From: Rugosibacter sp.
Lineage (GTDB): Bacteria > Pseudomonadota > Gammaproteobacteria > Burkholderiales > Rhodocyclaceae
Assembly (NCBI GenBank): GCA_030645365.1
Contig: JAUSMB010000064.1
Location: 23,989-87,988 of the forward strand
Reading direction: 5' to 3'
DNA: 64,000 nucleotides
Part shown: positions 52,982 to 64,000 of the stretch, one piece after another
How the letters are laid out: every line of letters begins with the position of its first letter
How positions within the stretch are numbered: position 1 is the stretch's first letter
Notes under the pieces: model-generated
Databases searched by the model: none
What the model was told of the DNA's origin: nothing
Seen by the model: only the letters and a program-made list of their open reading frames with translations
Translations under genes and position numbers: made by a program

Positions 52982-53755
52982 ATGCATATATTTGCCATAG
53001 CCAATCAGAAGGGCGGGGTAGGAAAAACCACGACTACGGTCAATCTGGCCGCTGCCCTGGCTGCGCAAGGGCAGCGTACCCTGTTGATAGATCTTGATCC
53101 ACAGGGTAATGCCACCATGGGTTGCGGCATAGATAAGCGGGGTTTGCAACTTTCGGTTTATCAGTTGCTTTTAGAGTCAGCGACGCTTGCGCAAGCGAGA
53201 GTAACATCGCCCAGCGGGAAATTTGATGTGCTGCCCGCAAATCGCGATCTGGCAGGTGCTGAGGTAGATCTGGTCGCTCTGGAGCATAGAGAGCTGCGTC
53301 TTAAAAATGCGCTGATGCTGCACAAGGATGATTATGATTTTGTCTTGATTGACTGTCCGCCGTCCCTGTCCATGCTGACACTCAATGGTTTATGTTCGGC
53401 GCATGGCGTGATTATTCCTATGCAATGTGAATATTATGCGCTGGAAGGGCTGTCCGACCTGGTCAATACGATTAAAAAAGTTCATGCGAATCTGAATCGT
53501 GAATTGAAAATCATTGGTCTTTTGCGAGTCATGTTCGATACTCGCAGCACCTTGTCAAATCAGGTTTCGGCACAGCTGGAACAACATTTCGGGGATAAGG
53601 TTTTCAAGACCATCGTGCCGCGTAACGTGCGCTTGGCGGAGGCGCCAAGTTATGGTGTACCCGGCATTTTGTTTGATAAAGCGGCCAAGGGTTCGCAGGC
53701 TTACCTAGCCTTTGCCGTTGAAATGATCGAACGCGTTAAAACCTGGAAGGAATGA
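52982..53755 (+). CDS. parA: chromosome partitioning ATPase ParA (Soj)
   Basis: Deviant Walker A IANQKGGVGKTTT; 257 aa. Confidence 0.95.
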   Translation: MHIFAIANQKGGVGKTTTTVNLAAALAAQGQRTLLIDLDPQGNATMGCGIDKRGLQLSVYQLLLESATLAQARVTSPSGKFDVLPANRDLAGAEVDLVALEHRELRLKNALMLHKDDYDFVLIDCPPSLSMLTLNGLCSAHGVIIPMQCEYYALEGLSDLVNTIKKVHANLNRELKIIGLLRVMFDTRSTLSNQVSAQLEQHFGDKVFKTIVPRNVRLAEAPSYGVPGILFDKAAKGSQAYLAFAVEMIERVKTWKE

Positions 53756-53756
53756 A

Positions 53757-54620
53757 ATGAATGCCACACGATTAAAAGGCTTAGGCCGAGGTCTGGATAC
53801 ACTACTTGATCCAGAAACCAGCGGCAACCAAGGGCAGCGGCAGGATGTGTTGTCAGTTAGCGCGTTGCGTCCCGGTAAATATCAGCCACGCACGCGAATG
53901 GACCCTGGCTCGCTGGAAGAGCTTGCCGCCTCGATCAAAGCCCAAGGCTTGATTCAGCCCATTTCGGTACGCCCGGTAGTTTATGAAGGCCAAGCATGCT
54001 ACGAAATTATTGCTGGTGAGCGGCGTTGGCGTGCGGCCCAAATTGCAGGGTTGAACGAAGTTCCCGTGCTCATACGGGATATTCCGGATGACGCAGCGCT
54101 GGCTATGTCGCTGATCGAAAATATTCAGCGGGAAGACCTTAATCCACTTGAAGAAGCGGCAGGCATTCAGCGCTTGATTGACGAGTTTGAGATGACGCAT
54201 CAACAGGCGGCGGATGCCTTGGGCCGCTCTCGCTCAGCCGCAACGAATTTGCTGCGGCTGTTGCAGTTGGCAAAGCCTGTGCAGGATATGTTAATGGCAG
54301 GCGATATTGAAATGGGACATGCGCGGGCATTGCTTGCACTACCCAAACTTGAGCAAAGTCGAATTGCTGCCACGCTGGTAGAAAAACGGCTATCGGTTCG
54401 TGATACGGAACGGTTGGTTGCGCGTGAGCTTAATCCGCCCCAGAAGGCAGAAGGTGCTCTGCAAGACAATCGTGATCTGCAGAGACTAGAAGAGGAATTA
54501 TCAGACAGAATAGGTGCTACAGTCAAAGTGAGTGCTAACAGAAAAGGTGTGGGTACATTGACAATTCGTTTTGCAAGTCTGGATCAGTTGGACGGTTTAC
54601 TGAGCACGCATTTCGGTTGA
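53757..54620 (+). CDS. parB: chromosome partitioning protein ParB (Spo0J)
   Basis: GLGRGLDTLL N-terminus, ParB box IIAGERRWRAAQIAGL, HTH LTHQQAADALGRSRSAATNLLRLL. Confidence 0.95.
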   Translation: MNATRLKGLGRGLDTLLDPETSGNQGQRQDVLSVSALRPGKYQPRTRMDPGSLEELAASIKAQGLIQPISVRPVVYEGQACYEIIAGERRWRAAQIAGLNEVPVLIRDIPDDAALAMSLIENIQREDLNPLEEAAGIQRLIDEFEMTHQQAADALGRSRSAATNLLRLLQLAKPVQDMLMAGDIEMGHARALLALPKLEQSRIAATLVEKRLSVRDTERLVARELNPPQKAEGALQDNRDLQRLEEELSDRIGATVKVSANRKGVGTLTIRFASLDQLDGLLSTHFG

Positions 54621-54623
54621 AGT

Positions 54624-54647
54624 GGCGTATCACCAGCGCCGACTTTT
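54624..54647 (-). repeat. dispersed 24-nt word, copy 12 (intergenic, after parB)
   Basis: + strand reads ggcgtatcaccagcgccgactttt. Starts 3 nt after the parB stop, antisense to parB. Confidence 0.9.
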
Positions 54648-54730
54648 TAAAGGATGGGCGCTGCATGGCGGTAAATTGAGTCAAATGAGCCAGGTAAAAC
54701 AAATTAATCGGTCCTGCCACGGCAATTTCA

Positions 54731-54759
54731 TTGACACTTATTCTGCAAGCATTTAAAAT
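54731..54759 (+). promoter_or_regulatory. candidate sigma-70 promoter of the atp operon
   Basis: TTGACA (54731-54736), 17-nt spacer, TAAAAT (54754-54759), about 50 nt upstream of atpI. Confidence 0.5.
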
Positions 54760-54810
54760 CAGGCGGCTTTGAATTGTATGGCAATTGTGCGGCCTTGGAA
54801 GGTTTAACCG

Positions 54811-55146
54811 ATGTATAGGGTTGTAATTCTTCAGTTTGTCGGGGTGCTGGTTGCGGCAGGATTAGCTAGCATATGGTTAGGGCAACAAGGTGCGCTGTCG
54901 GTTCTGCTTGGTGGGATGGCATACGCTATTCCCAACCTGTTGTTTGTAGCGAGATTGACTGTTTCTGCAGCAAAAAAACAGACGAATGCAGTTACTTTTT
55001 TTGTTGGCGAGCTGGTTAAAGTCCTCGCCACAGTAGTACTTTTGGTCGTTGCTCAGCGGTTCTACCCTGTGCACTGGTTGGCATTGTTGGTGGGGCTTTT
55101 TGTCGCTTTAAAAGCTAATTTGTTTGCGCTATTGTTAAAAAACTGA
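54811..55146 (+). CDS. atpI: ATP synthase protein I
   Basis: 111-aa hydrophobic protein, first in the atp operon. Confidence 0.75.
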   Translation: MYRVVILQFVGVLVAAGLASIWLGQQGALSVLLGGMAYAIPNLLFVARLTVSAAKKQTNAVTFFVGELVKVLATVVLLVVAQRFYPVHWLALLVGLFVALKANLFALLLKN

Positions 55147-55148
55147 TT

Positions 55149-55973
55149 ATGTCATCAAGCACTGAAAACGCGCCTGTCGCAGGCGACTATATCGTCCATC
55201 ACCTGACCCATTTGACCAATACTGGTCATAAGCAGACGGCGGTTATTGATTGGACAATAATCAATGTGGATACTCTTTTCTGGTCTGTCAGTATGGGTGT
55301 GCTGGCGATCATTTTCATGGTTGTTGCCGCACGGCGAGCTACGTCGGGCGTGCCTGGTCGTCTTCAAGGCGCTGTTGAAATGCTGGTTGAAATGGTTGAG
55401 ACCCAGTCAAAAGCCATCGTTCATGGAGATCGCCGGTTTATAGCGCCGGTTGCGCTGACCGTGTTTATTTGGATTTTGTTCATGAATGCTCTCGACTTTC
55501 TGCCGGTGGATCTCTTGCCCAGAATCGCGGAATTATTTGGGGTGCATTATCAGCGCATCGTACCCACTGCCGATCTGAATGGCGCGCTTGGCATGTCGCT
55601 TGGGGTGTTGCTACTTTGTCTTTACTACAATATCAAAATTAAAGGGTTTGGTGGCTGGGTGCATGAGCTATTTACCGCGCCTTTCGGTAATCATCCCTTG
55701 CTGTACCCTGTGAACTTTGCCATGCAGATGATTGAGTTTATTGCTAAAACCGTATCTCACGGCATGCGACTCTTTGGCAATATGTATGCGGGTGAGTTGG
55801 TGTTCATGCTCATCGCTTTGATGGGTAGTACTGCTACCGCCTTGGGTTTTTTTGGTCATGTGGTGGCGGGTTCGATCTGGGCAATTTTTCACATATTGAT
55901 TGTTGTGTTGCAGGCATTTATCTTCATGATGCTGACGCTGGTGTACATCGGCCAGGCACATGAAAGTCACTAG
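55149..55973 (+). CDS. atpB: F0F1 ATP synthase subunit a
   Basis: 274 aa. Contains the [14 protein letters not shown] motif with the essential Arg. Confidence 0.95.
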   Translation: MSSSTENAPVAGDYIVHHLTHLTNTGHKQTAVIDWTIINVDTLFWSVSMGVLAIIFMVVAARRATSGVPGRLQGAVEMLVEMVETQSKAIVHGDRRFIAPVALTVFIWILFMNALDFLPVDLLPRIAELFGVHYQRIVPTADLNGALGMSLGVLLLCLYYNIKIKGFGGWVHELFTAPFGNHPLLYPVNFAMQMIEFIAKTVSHGMRLFGNMYAGELVFMLIALMGSTATALGFFGHVVAGSIWAIFHILIVVLQAFIFMMLTLVYIGQAHESH

Positions 55974-56016
55974 TTGCAGTAATTAGTAGTTTTTTAAAGT
56001 TGTATATTTTATATAA

Positions 56017-56274
<258 letters not shown>

Positions 56275-56301
56275 GCGCGTCTTTTCTAAAGGACCAATAA
56301 C

Positions 56302-56772
56302 GTGAATCTGAACGCAACGCTGTTTGCCCAGCTGGCTGTGTTCTTTGTTTTGGCGTGGTTTACGATGAGATTCGTATGGCCGCCCATCATGAAGGCATTA
56401 GACGAGCGTGCGGGTAAAATCGCTGACGGACTTGCGGCGGCTGACAAGGCAAAGGCTGATTTGGTGCATGCTGAGAAAAAGGCTGCTGAAGAATTGCGTC
56501 ATGCACGCGAGTCGGCTGCTGAGTTTCGCAGTGGGGCGGAGAAGCAGGCCGCTCAATTGCTTGAAGAAGCTCGCACTGAGGCTGCTCGAGTGATTTCGGT
56601 TGCCCGTGATGCCGCTCAAGCCGAAGCAGGTGTCGCTGCTCAACGCGCCAAAGAGGCGTTGCGTGAACAAGTCGCGCTGCTGGCTGTTGCAGGCGCCGAG
56701 AAAATTCTTCGCAAGGAAATTAACCCTCAGGCGCATGCCGAGCTGCTTTCTCAGCTGAAGTCGGAGCTTTGA
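56302..56772 (+). CDS. atpF: F0F1 ATP synthase subunit b
   Basis: GTG start. N-terminal TM segment [20 protein letters not shown], then a long charged helix. Confidence 0.9.
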   Translation: MNLNATLFAQLAVFFVLAWFTMRFVWPPIMKALDERAGKIADGLAAADKAKADLVHAEKKAAEELRHARESAAEFRSGAEKQAAQLLEEARTEAARVISVARDAAQAEAGVAAQRAKEALREQVALLAVAGAEKILRKEINPQAHAELLSQLKSEL

Positions 56773-56778
56773 TTAGAC

Positions 56779-57318
56779 ATGGCTGAAAACGTTACGCTCG
56801 CCCGGCCTTATGCGGAAGCTGCATTCCAGTTAGCTAAAAATAATCCTGCCGATTTGCTCTCATGGGCTGAAACCCTTGGATGCTTGTCAGGCATTACGGC
56901 CGATCCAGCGATGGCAGCGTGTATTGGTAATCCGCGATTTAGTCCTGCGCAGTTGGCTCAGCTTTATTTTGAGGCGGCTGGCGGCAAGCTTGATGCGGAT
57001 CAGCAAAATTTTGTTCGTGTGCTGGTTGATAACGATCGCCTGACAGTTCTGCCAGAAATTGCTGCATTGTTTGACAAACTCAAAGCTGATGCCCAAGGTA
57101 TTAAACACGCCGAGATTACTTCGGCTTTTCCTCTCGATGATGCCGCGTTAAAAAAACTGGTAGCTGAACTTGAACATAAGTTTGCATGCCAGATACAAGC
57201 AACGATTAAGCTTGATCCCGAGCTTATCGGTGGTGTGCGTATGGCTGTTGGCGACGAGGTGATTGATGCCTCGGTTCGCGGCAAACTTGCTGCTATGGCG
57301 ATTGCCCTAAAGAACTAG
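56779..57318 (+). CDS. atpH: F0F1 ATP synthase subunit delta
   Basis: 179 aa. [11 protein letters not shown]-terminus and ...[21 protein letters not shown]-terminus. Confidence 0.9.
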   Translation: MAENVTLARPYAEAAFQLAKNNPADLLSWAETLGCLSGITADPAMAACIGNPRFSPAQLAQLYFEAAGGKLDADQQNFVRVLVDNDRLTVLPEIAALFDKLKADAQGIKHAEITSAFPLDDAALKKLVAELEHKFACQIQATIKLDPELIGGVRMAVGDEVIDASVRGKLAAMAIALKN

Positions 57319-57328
57319 GAGTTATTTG

Positions 57329-58867
57329 ATGAATTTAAATCCATCCGAAATTAGTGAGCTGATTAAAACGCGGATTCAGGCCATGCAGCTGCCCGCAACA
57401 GCGCGTAATGAAGGTACCGTGGTTTCAGTGACCGACGGCATATGTCGTGTGCATGGTCTGGCGGACGTTATGCAGGGCGAAATGCTGGAGTTTCCCGGCA
57501 ATACGTTTGGTTTAGCCCTTAACCTGGAGCGCGATTCAGTGGGCGCCGTGGTGTTGGGCGATTACGAGCATATTTCCGAGGGCGATACTGTTAAATGTAC
57601 AGGCCGTATTCTCGAAGTGCCTATCGGCCCTGAACTTCTGGGCCGTGTAGTGAATGCTCTGGGCGAGCCGATTGATGGGAAAGGTCCCATCAACGCAAAA
57701 CTCACCGACAAGCTTGAAAAAGTAGCTCCTGGCGTTATTTGGCGTAAATCGGTATCGCAGCCTGTGCAAACTGGTCTTAAGGCGATTGATTCGATGGTGC
57801 CGGTAGGGCGTGGGCAGCGCGAATTGATCATTGGCGATCGTCAAACAGGCAAGACGGCTGTTGCGGTTGACGCCATCATCAATCAAAAAGGCCAGAACGT
57901 GTTCTGCGTCTATGTGGCGATTGGCCAAAAAGCATCCACCGTGGCCAACGTCGTGCGTAAGCTCGAAGAGCATGGTGCAATGGAGTACACGGTTGTCGTT
58001 GCTGCTACCGCATCCGATTCAGCCGCGATGCAGTTTCTTGCACCTTACGCAGGCTGCACCATGGGCGAGTATTTCCGTGATCGCGGCATGGATGCGCTGA
58101 TTGTTTACGATGATTTAACAAAGCAGGCATGGGCCTACCGTCAAATATCCCTCTTATTGCGCCGTCCCCCAGGCCGTGAAGCTTATCCAGGTGATGTGTT
58201 CTACCTGCATTCGCGTTTGCTTGAGCGTGCCGCACGTGTCTCCGAGGCTTGGGTTGAAAGGCTGACCAACGGCGAAGTTAAGGGGAAAACGGGCTCATTG
58301 ACGGCTTTGCCCATCATTGAAACCCAAGCTGGTGACGTTTCTGCTTTTGTGCCAACAAACGTGATTTCGATTACAGACGGTCAGATTTTCCTTGAGACTG
58401 ATTTGTTTAATGCCGGTATCCGTCCCGCCATGAATGCCGGTATCTCGGTATCGCGTGTGGGTGGTGCAGCGCAGACCAAAGTCATCAAGAAACTTGGTGG
58501 TGGCGTTCGCTTATCGCTTGCCCAGTACCGCGAACTGGCGGCATTTGCTCAATTTGCTTCAGATCTGGACGAGGTAACGCGTAAGCAGCTTGAGCGTGGT
58601 CGTCGTGTGACTGAATTGATGAAACAGTTGCAGTATTCGCCTTTGTCGGTTGCTGATATGGCAATTTCATTGTTCGCTTCGAATGAAGGCTTCATGGATG
58701 ACATCGATGTGCCACGCATTCTGGCATTTGAGGCGGCGCTGCATCAGGCCATGCACCAGAAGCATGCTGATCTGGTAGCCAAGATCGAAACAACGAAAGA
58801 CCTGGACAAAGATGCCGAAGTGCAACTCAAGGCAGCTATTGCTGATTTCAAGAAATCTTGGGCTTGA
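57329..58867 (+). CDS. atpA: F0F1 ATP synthase subunit alpha
   Basis: ORF starts at TTG 57326. ATG 57329 lies 7 nt after [14 protein letters not shown]-loop. Confidence 0.97.
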   Translation: MNLNPSEISELIKTRIQAMQLPATARNEGTVVSVTDGICRVHGLADVMQGEMLEFPGNTFGLALNLERDSVGAVVLGDYEHISEGDTVKCTGRILEVPIGPELLGRVVNALGEPIDGKGPINAKLTDKLEKVAPGVIWRKSVSQPVQTGLKAIDSMVPVGRGQRELIIGDRQTGKTAVAVDAIINQKGQNVFCVYVAIGQKASTVANVVRKLEEHGAMEYTVVVAATASDSAAMQFLAPYAGCTMGEYFRDRGMDALIVYDDLTKQAWAYRQISLLLRRPPGREAYPGDVFYLHSRLLERAARVSEAWVERLTNGEVKGKTGSLTALPIIETQAGDVSAFVPTNVISITDGQIFLETDLFNAGIRPAMNAGISVSRVGGAAQTKVIKKLGGGVRLSLAQYRELAAFAQFASDLDEVTRKQLERGRRVTELMKQLQYSPLSVADMAISLFASNEGFMDDIDVPRILAFEAALHQAMHQKHADLVAKIETTKDLDKDAEVQLKAAIADFKKSWA

Positions 58868-58901
58868 TTTACGGCACCTGACTGGTTAATAAAGGGCGAT
58901 C

Positions 58902-59777
58902 ATGGCAGGTAGTAAAGAGATACGTAGCAAAATCAAGAGCGTGCAAAACACGCGCAAGATTACCAAGGCTATGGAGATGGTGGCCGCATCGAAAATGCGC
59001 AAGGCGCAGGAAAGGATGCGTGCTGCACGCCCCTACAGTGAAAAAATCCGTCGCTTGGCGGCCAATCTTTCACATGCCTTGATGACCGATTATCGGCATC
59101 CTTTTCTGACGAAGCAGGCCTCGGTCAAGCGTGTTGGTTTAATTGTTATTACTACTGATAAAGGTTTGTGTGGTGGGTTAAATACCAATGTACTGCGCTT
59201 GTCGTTAAGTTCCATGCGACAGTGGGAGGCACAAGGTATTAAAGATATCAACATCACCTGTATTGGTAATAAGGGCTTGGGCTTTATGCAGCGTTTCGGT
59301 GCCAAGGTTGTGTCACAAATCACTCATATCGGGGATACTCCGCATATGGAAAAGCTGATAGGCCCGATCAAGGTTATGCTCGACGCCTATCAGTCGGGTG
59401 AGTTGGACGAAGTGCATATTGCTTACACGCGCTTCATCAACACCATGTCGCAACAAGCAATAGTTGAACCCCTATTACCACTGACGGGTGAGCGTCTTGG
59501 CACGCCGGAAACCGGTTGGGATTATCTGTATGAGCCTGATGCGCAAACAGTGGTTGATGATTTGCTGCTGCGCTATGTCGAAGCTTTGATTTATGAAGGT
59601 GTGACAGAAAATATGGCCTCCGAGCAATCGGCGCGTATGGTTGCCATGAAAGCTGCAACGGATAATGCAGGGAGCGTCATCAAAGAGTTGCAGCTTGTTT
59701 ATAACAAAGCCCGTCAAGCAGCAATTACCAAAGAAATCTCGGAAATAGTTGGTGGCGCAGCGGCAATTGCTGGCTGA
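58902..59777 (+). CDS. atpG: F0F1 ATP synthase subunit gamma
   Basis: [36 protein letters not shown] is the canonical gamma N-terminus. Confidence 0.95.
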   Translation: MAGSKEIRSKIKSVQNTRKITKAMEMVAASKMRKAQERMRAARPYSEKIRRLAANLSHALMTDYRHPFLTKQASVKRVGLIVITTDKGLCGGLNTNVLRLSLSSMRQWEAQGIKDINITCIGNKGLGFMQRFGAKVVSQITHIGDTPHMEKLIGPIKVMLDAYQSGELDEVHIAYTRFINTMSQQAIVEPLLPLTGERLGTPETGWDYLYEPDAQTVVDDLLLRYVEALIYEGVTENMASEQSARMVAMKAATDNAGSVIKELQLVYNKARQAAITKEISEIVGGAAAIAG

Positions 59778-59790
59778 GCCCGATTTATAA

Positions 59791-61221
<1,431 letters not shown>

Positions 61222-61248
61222 TTATTGCGGCGAAAAGAAAGATAAAAT

Positions 61249-61671
61249 ATGGCTATGACAGTTCATGTAGATGTAGTCAGTGCAGAAGCCTCCATTTTCT
61301 CCGGCTTGGCTGAGTTTGTTGCTTTGCCGGGTGAAAATGGCGAGTTGGGGATTTTGCCAGGCCATATGCCGCTGATGACCCGCATCAAACCGGGCGCAGT
61401 ACGCATCAAGCTGCCGCAGGGCAAAGAAGAGCTTATTTTTGTTGCTGGTGGTTTGCTTGAAGTACAGCCTGGATTAGTGACGGTGCTGGCAGATACAGCA
61501 ATTCGTGGCGCGGACCTTGATCAAGCTAAAGCGCTGGAAGCCAAGAAGCGTGCTGAGGAAGCTTTGGCAAGCCGCAGCGCTGAAGTAGATTATGCCCGTG
61601 CGCAGGCTGAGTTGAGTGAAGCGATTGCACAGCTATCCGCAATTGAGCGCTTACGCAAGCATGGCCATTAA
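61249..61671 (+). CDS. atpC: F0F1 ATP synthase subunit epsilon
   Basis: 140 aa. [13 protein letters not shown]...LPGHMPLMT is typical epsilon. Confidence 0.9.
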   Translation: MAMTVHVDVVSAEASIFSGLAEFVALPGENGELGILPGHMPLMTRIKPGAVRIKLPQGKEELIFVAGGLLEVQPGLVTVLADTAIRGADLDQAKALEAKKRAEEALASRSAEVDYARAQAELSEAIAQLSAIERLRKHGH

Positions 61672-61693
61672 AATCGAGTAATAGGAATGAAAT

Positions 61694-61721
61694 AAAAAAG
61701 GCAGCGTAAGCTGCCTTTTTT
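61694..61721. terminator. bidirectional rho-independent terminator (atpC / sodB)
   Basis: aaaaaa-ggcagc-gtaa-gctgcc-tttttt. Confidence 0.8.
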
Positions 61722-61739
61722 ATGCCTCAGGTGTTTTGA

Positions 61740-62324
61740 TTATGCAAAGTTTTTTTCTGCAAAATTCCAATTAGCGAGCGAAGCGAGGAAGGTTTCCACG
61801 AATTTTGGCCGCGCATTGCGATAATCAATGTAGTAAGCATGTTCCCATACATCAATGGTCAGCAACGCCTTATCGCCAGAAGTTAGTGGTGTGCCTGCAG
61901 CGCTGGTGTTGACGATATCTACTGAACCGTCAGCCTTTTTTACCAGCCATGTCCAGCCTGAGCCGAAATTGCCAACAGCGGACGTCTGAAACGCTTTTTT
62001 GAACTCTTCAAAACCACCCCATTTGGCAGTGATTGCAGCTGCCAATGCACCGCTTGGTAGACCACCACCAGCGACTTTCATGCTGTTCCAGAAAAATGTG
62101 TGGTTCCAGACTTGCGCCGCGTTATTGAAGATACCGCCAGCAGGTGCTTTTTTGACGATGGCTTCAAGCTCAAGGTTTTCGTACTCTGTATTTTTGATCA
62201 GATTATTAAGATTGGTCACGTAGGCTTGATGATGCTTACCGTAATGATATTCAAAGGTTTCTTTTGAAATATGGGGTGCAAGTGCATCCATTGCGTACGG
62301 CAGGGTTGGCAGAGTGTGTTCCAT
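61740..62324 (-). CDS. sodB: Fe/Mn superoxide dismutase (Fe-type)
   Basis: [36 protein letters not shown] and [13 protein letters not shown] motifs; 194 aa. Confidence 0.95.
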   Translation of the reverse strand: MEHTLPTLPYAMDALAPHISKETFEYHYGKHHQAYVTNLNNLIKNTEYENLELEAIVKKAPAGGIFNNAAQVWNHTFFWNSMKVAGGGLPSGALAAAITAKWGGFEEFKKAFQTSAVGNFGSGWTWLVKKADGSVDIVNTSAAGTPLTSGDKALLTIDVWEHAYYIDYRNARPKFVETFLASLANWNFAEKNFA

Positions 62325-62693
62325 AGTAACTTCCTTTAAAAATGAGCGAATAGTAAGACGAAATAGAGCCGGTGATTTTAGCTAGCAATACGCCAAGTAA
62401 CAACGTTTCCACTGCAGAATCTAACATATTTACTTTCACGAAAAGATAAGCTTGGAGTATTTTTCTGCACTTGCTAGTTGTTGAAAATTATAAAAATACA
62501 AGGAGATAAGGTCGAGGCATAAATCTTATTTTCTCGACCCGCAGGTGTTAATTTTTCTGCTTATCTTTATCAGTGCGATGTATTAGTTTTATCCGCTATG
62601 TGGCTTGGATTTGCTCTTGGTGCGATATCACCATAATTTTTTTTGCAAAGACTTTTAGCCAGTTGGCCATCTGCCAGCGACTTACTGCCGGGG

Positions 62694-63287
62694 TTAACTC
62701 AGGCGCTGTAGTCTTTTTTCCAGCCGCGCCATGTCGTTGCGCAGCTTATCCACATCGGCTGAAAAGTCGGCGATGGTGTTACGGCGAACTAAAGTTGGTT
62801 GTTCTTCGATGAGATATTCACTGACATTTTCTGCCAGATTCATGGCGCGCTTTTTTTGATTAGCCAAAAAAATGTGAGCGCCCGCTACCAGCCGATGCGA
62901 GACAATATCACCAAAAACTTTGGAAAGATCTTCTTCCACATCCCAGCGCAGGTGTTGCAAAACATAACCCAGACTTTGTGCAAACTCTGCGGAACCGTTG
63001 ATGCGTGCCGCACGCATTATTGCTGCTTGGCCTTGCAGTGCCAAAAAAGGCGTGCTGGCCGGTAAGTCGATCGATACCTCAGGTTCGGTATCGGGTGTTG
63101 TTGCGGCGATCAAGCCTTCTGGTGTCACGCTGAATGTAGCGGAAAAAGGCGGGAGAGACATTTTTGCGCATTGGCCCGTAAACGGCTGCAATTTCATCCG
63201 CGCCCAAGCGGTCTGACCCAACAGATGATTAACCGCCGCTGCCAGTGTTGTTACGGCAACCATCCTGGGGTCAGACAGAGAAGGCAT
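62694..63287 (-). CDS. ubiJ: SCP2-domain ubiquinone biosynthesis accessory factor UbiJ-like
   Basis: 197 aa. SCP2-like N-terminal part and a C-terminal amphipathic helix DVDKLRNDMARLEKRLQRL. Lies downstream of a Tim44-like gene, as in other betaproteobacteria (from memory). Confidence 0.6.
   Translation of the reverse strand: MPSLSDPRMVAVTTLAAAVNHLLGQTAWARMKLQPFTGQCAKMSLPPFSATFSVTPEGLIAATTPDTEPEVSIDLPASTPFLALQGQAAIMRAARINGSAEFAQSLGYVLQHLRWDVEEDLSKVFGDIVSHRLVAGAHIFLANQKKRAMNLAENVSEYLIEEQPTLVRRNTIADFSADVDKLRNDMARLEKRLQRLS
62762..62785 (+). repeat. dispersed 24-nt word, copy 13 (inside the ubiJ CDS, antisense; 2 mismatches)
   Basis: aaaagtcggcgatggtgttacggc. The gene strand encodes RRNTIADFS. 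Confidence 0.8.
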
Positions 63288-63293
63288 ACGCGG

Positions 63294-63992
63294 TTAGTCT
63301 TGCTGAATGCCGGCCACTTGCCAGCCGCTGGCGCCGCTTAGCGGCTTTACGAGATGCCACACCTCGGAAAAAGCTTCGGGCGCATTCTGCGCGTCTTCAC
63401 GCAATTGTCCATGAAACCGCACGCTCGCTACATAGCGTGAGGCTTCAGTGGAGACATCTAGCAAGTCTGCTGCTAACTGAACAACATCGGTTTGCTGCGT
63501 AGCGCGTTGCCGCTCCTGAAACTGAAGCTGTATTTCGGCAGCCACTTCTGGTGTAGAAAACAGACGGATGTCTTCCATATCGCCACGATCATTGGCAGCT
63601 TGCAAACGCACGAAGCTGAGTTTGGCCTGGCGTAAAAAGCCTTCCGCATCGAAGTCAGCCGGAATATTCCCGGCGGTGCCTTGGGCAGCAATAGATGCCG
63701 CCGTATCGCCAGCGCCGACTTTTTGCGCATCAAAAGCCATGGGCTCTTGGCGACCGGCAGGGTTTGCTGCAACAGGCTGAGGATACAGAAGGGTATTCCC
63801 TGTGGGGCGGCTACCCAAAAAGCGCCGCAGGAGGAAAATAGCGCCCATGGCTAACAAGGCGATCAGCAAGAAATTAGCCACGCCCTCGCCCATGCCAAAA
63901 TGCGACAGCATGGCGGCTAAGCCTATGCCTGCAGCAAGACCGGCAATTGGTCCCAGCCAGCGGCTCATTCCTGTACGTGGCGGGGTACCCAC
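63294..63992 (-). CDS. Tim44-like domain membrane protein
   Basis: N-terminal TM helices (WLGPIAGLAAGIGLAAML, LLIALLAMGAIFLL), a low-complexity linker, and a C-terminal Tim44-like fold (FDAEGFLRQAKLSFVRLQAAND...WQVAGIQQ). The start is uncertain: GTG 63992, ATG 63968, or beyond the window. Confidence 0.65.
   Translation of the reverse strand: MGTPPRTGMSRWLGPIAGLAAGIGLAAMLSHFGMGEGVANFLLIALLAMGAIFLLRRFLGSRPTGNTLLYPQPVAANPAGRQEPMAFDAQKVGAGDTAASIAAQGTAGNIPADFDAEGFLRQAKLSFVRLQAANDRGDMEDIRLFSTPEVAAEIQLQFQERQRATQQTDVVQLAADLLDVSTEASRYVASVRFHGQLREDAQNAPEAFSEVWHLVKPLSGASGWQVAGIQQD
63700..63723 (-). repeat. dispersed 24-nt word, copy 14 (inside the Tim44-like CDS, sense)
   Basis: + strand reads gccgtatcgccagcgccgactttt. 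In gene sense it encodes KVGAGDT. Identical to the copies at 16869 and 50200. Confidence 0.9.
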
Positions 63993-64000
63993 TGCAGGTG

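Overview
This 64-kb window is the origin-proximal core chromosome of what looks like a betaproteobacterium; the species is not identifiable from the sequence alone. Gene order is conserved housekeeping. It starts with dctA, a ubiH-family hydroxylase, dsbC, amtB, mltA, yacG-zapD-coaE and coaX. Next come rep, the dacC-dat-ybeD-lipB-lipA operon, rlpA-rodA-mrdA-mreDCB, gatCAB, pyrE and xthA. The origin block follows: gyrB-dnaN-dnaA, rpmH-rnpA-yidD-yidC-mnmE, mnmG-rsmG-parA-parB and the full atpIBEFHAGDC operon. It ends with sodB, ubiJ and a Tim44-like gene. Two tRNAs are present, Met-CAT and Arg-CCG. I see no rRNA, CRISPR array, transposase, integrase or phage genes.

The only accessory-looking block is 18.9-28.6 kb. 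It holds a Ycf48/BNR-like lipoprotein, an RND/MMPL exporter, DUF1302 and DUF1329 envelope proteins, and two tandem paralogous flavin monooxygenases of the acyl-CoA-dehydrogenase fold.

The most unusual signal is not a gene. A non-palindromic 24-nt word, AAAAGTCGGCGCTGGYGATACGGC, occurs 14 times in both orientations. Nine copies lie inside unrelated genes, read in four different frames, and five lie just after stop codons. This is USS/DUS-like behaviour, but the word matches no element I know.

Base composition is also strikingly mosaic. A low-GC tract covers the gyrB 5' end, dnaN, dnaA and yidC, and a very GC-rich core sits inside gatA-gatB; both have boundaries inside genes. Two parS sites lie upstream of mnmG, and DnaA boxes flank dnaA.

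All product calls rest on reading the translations and on remembered family motifs. No searches were run.
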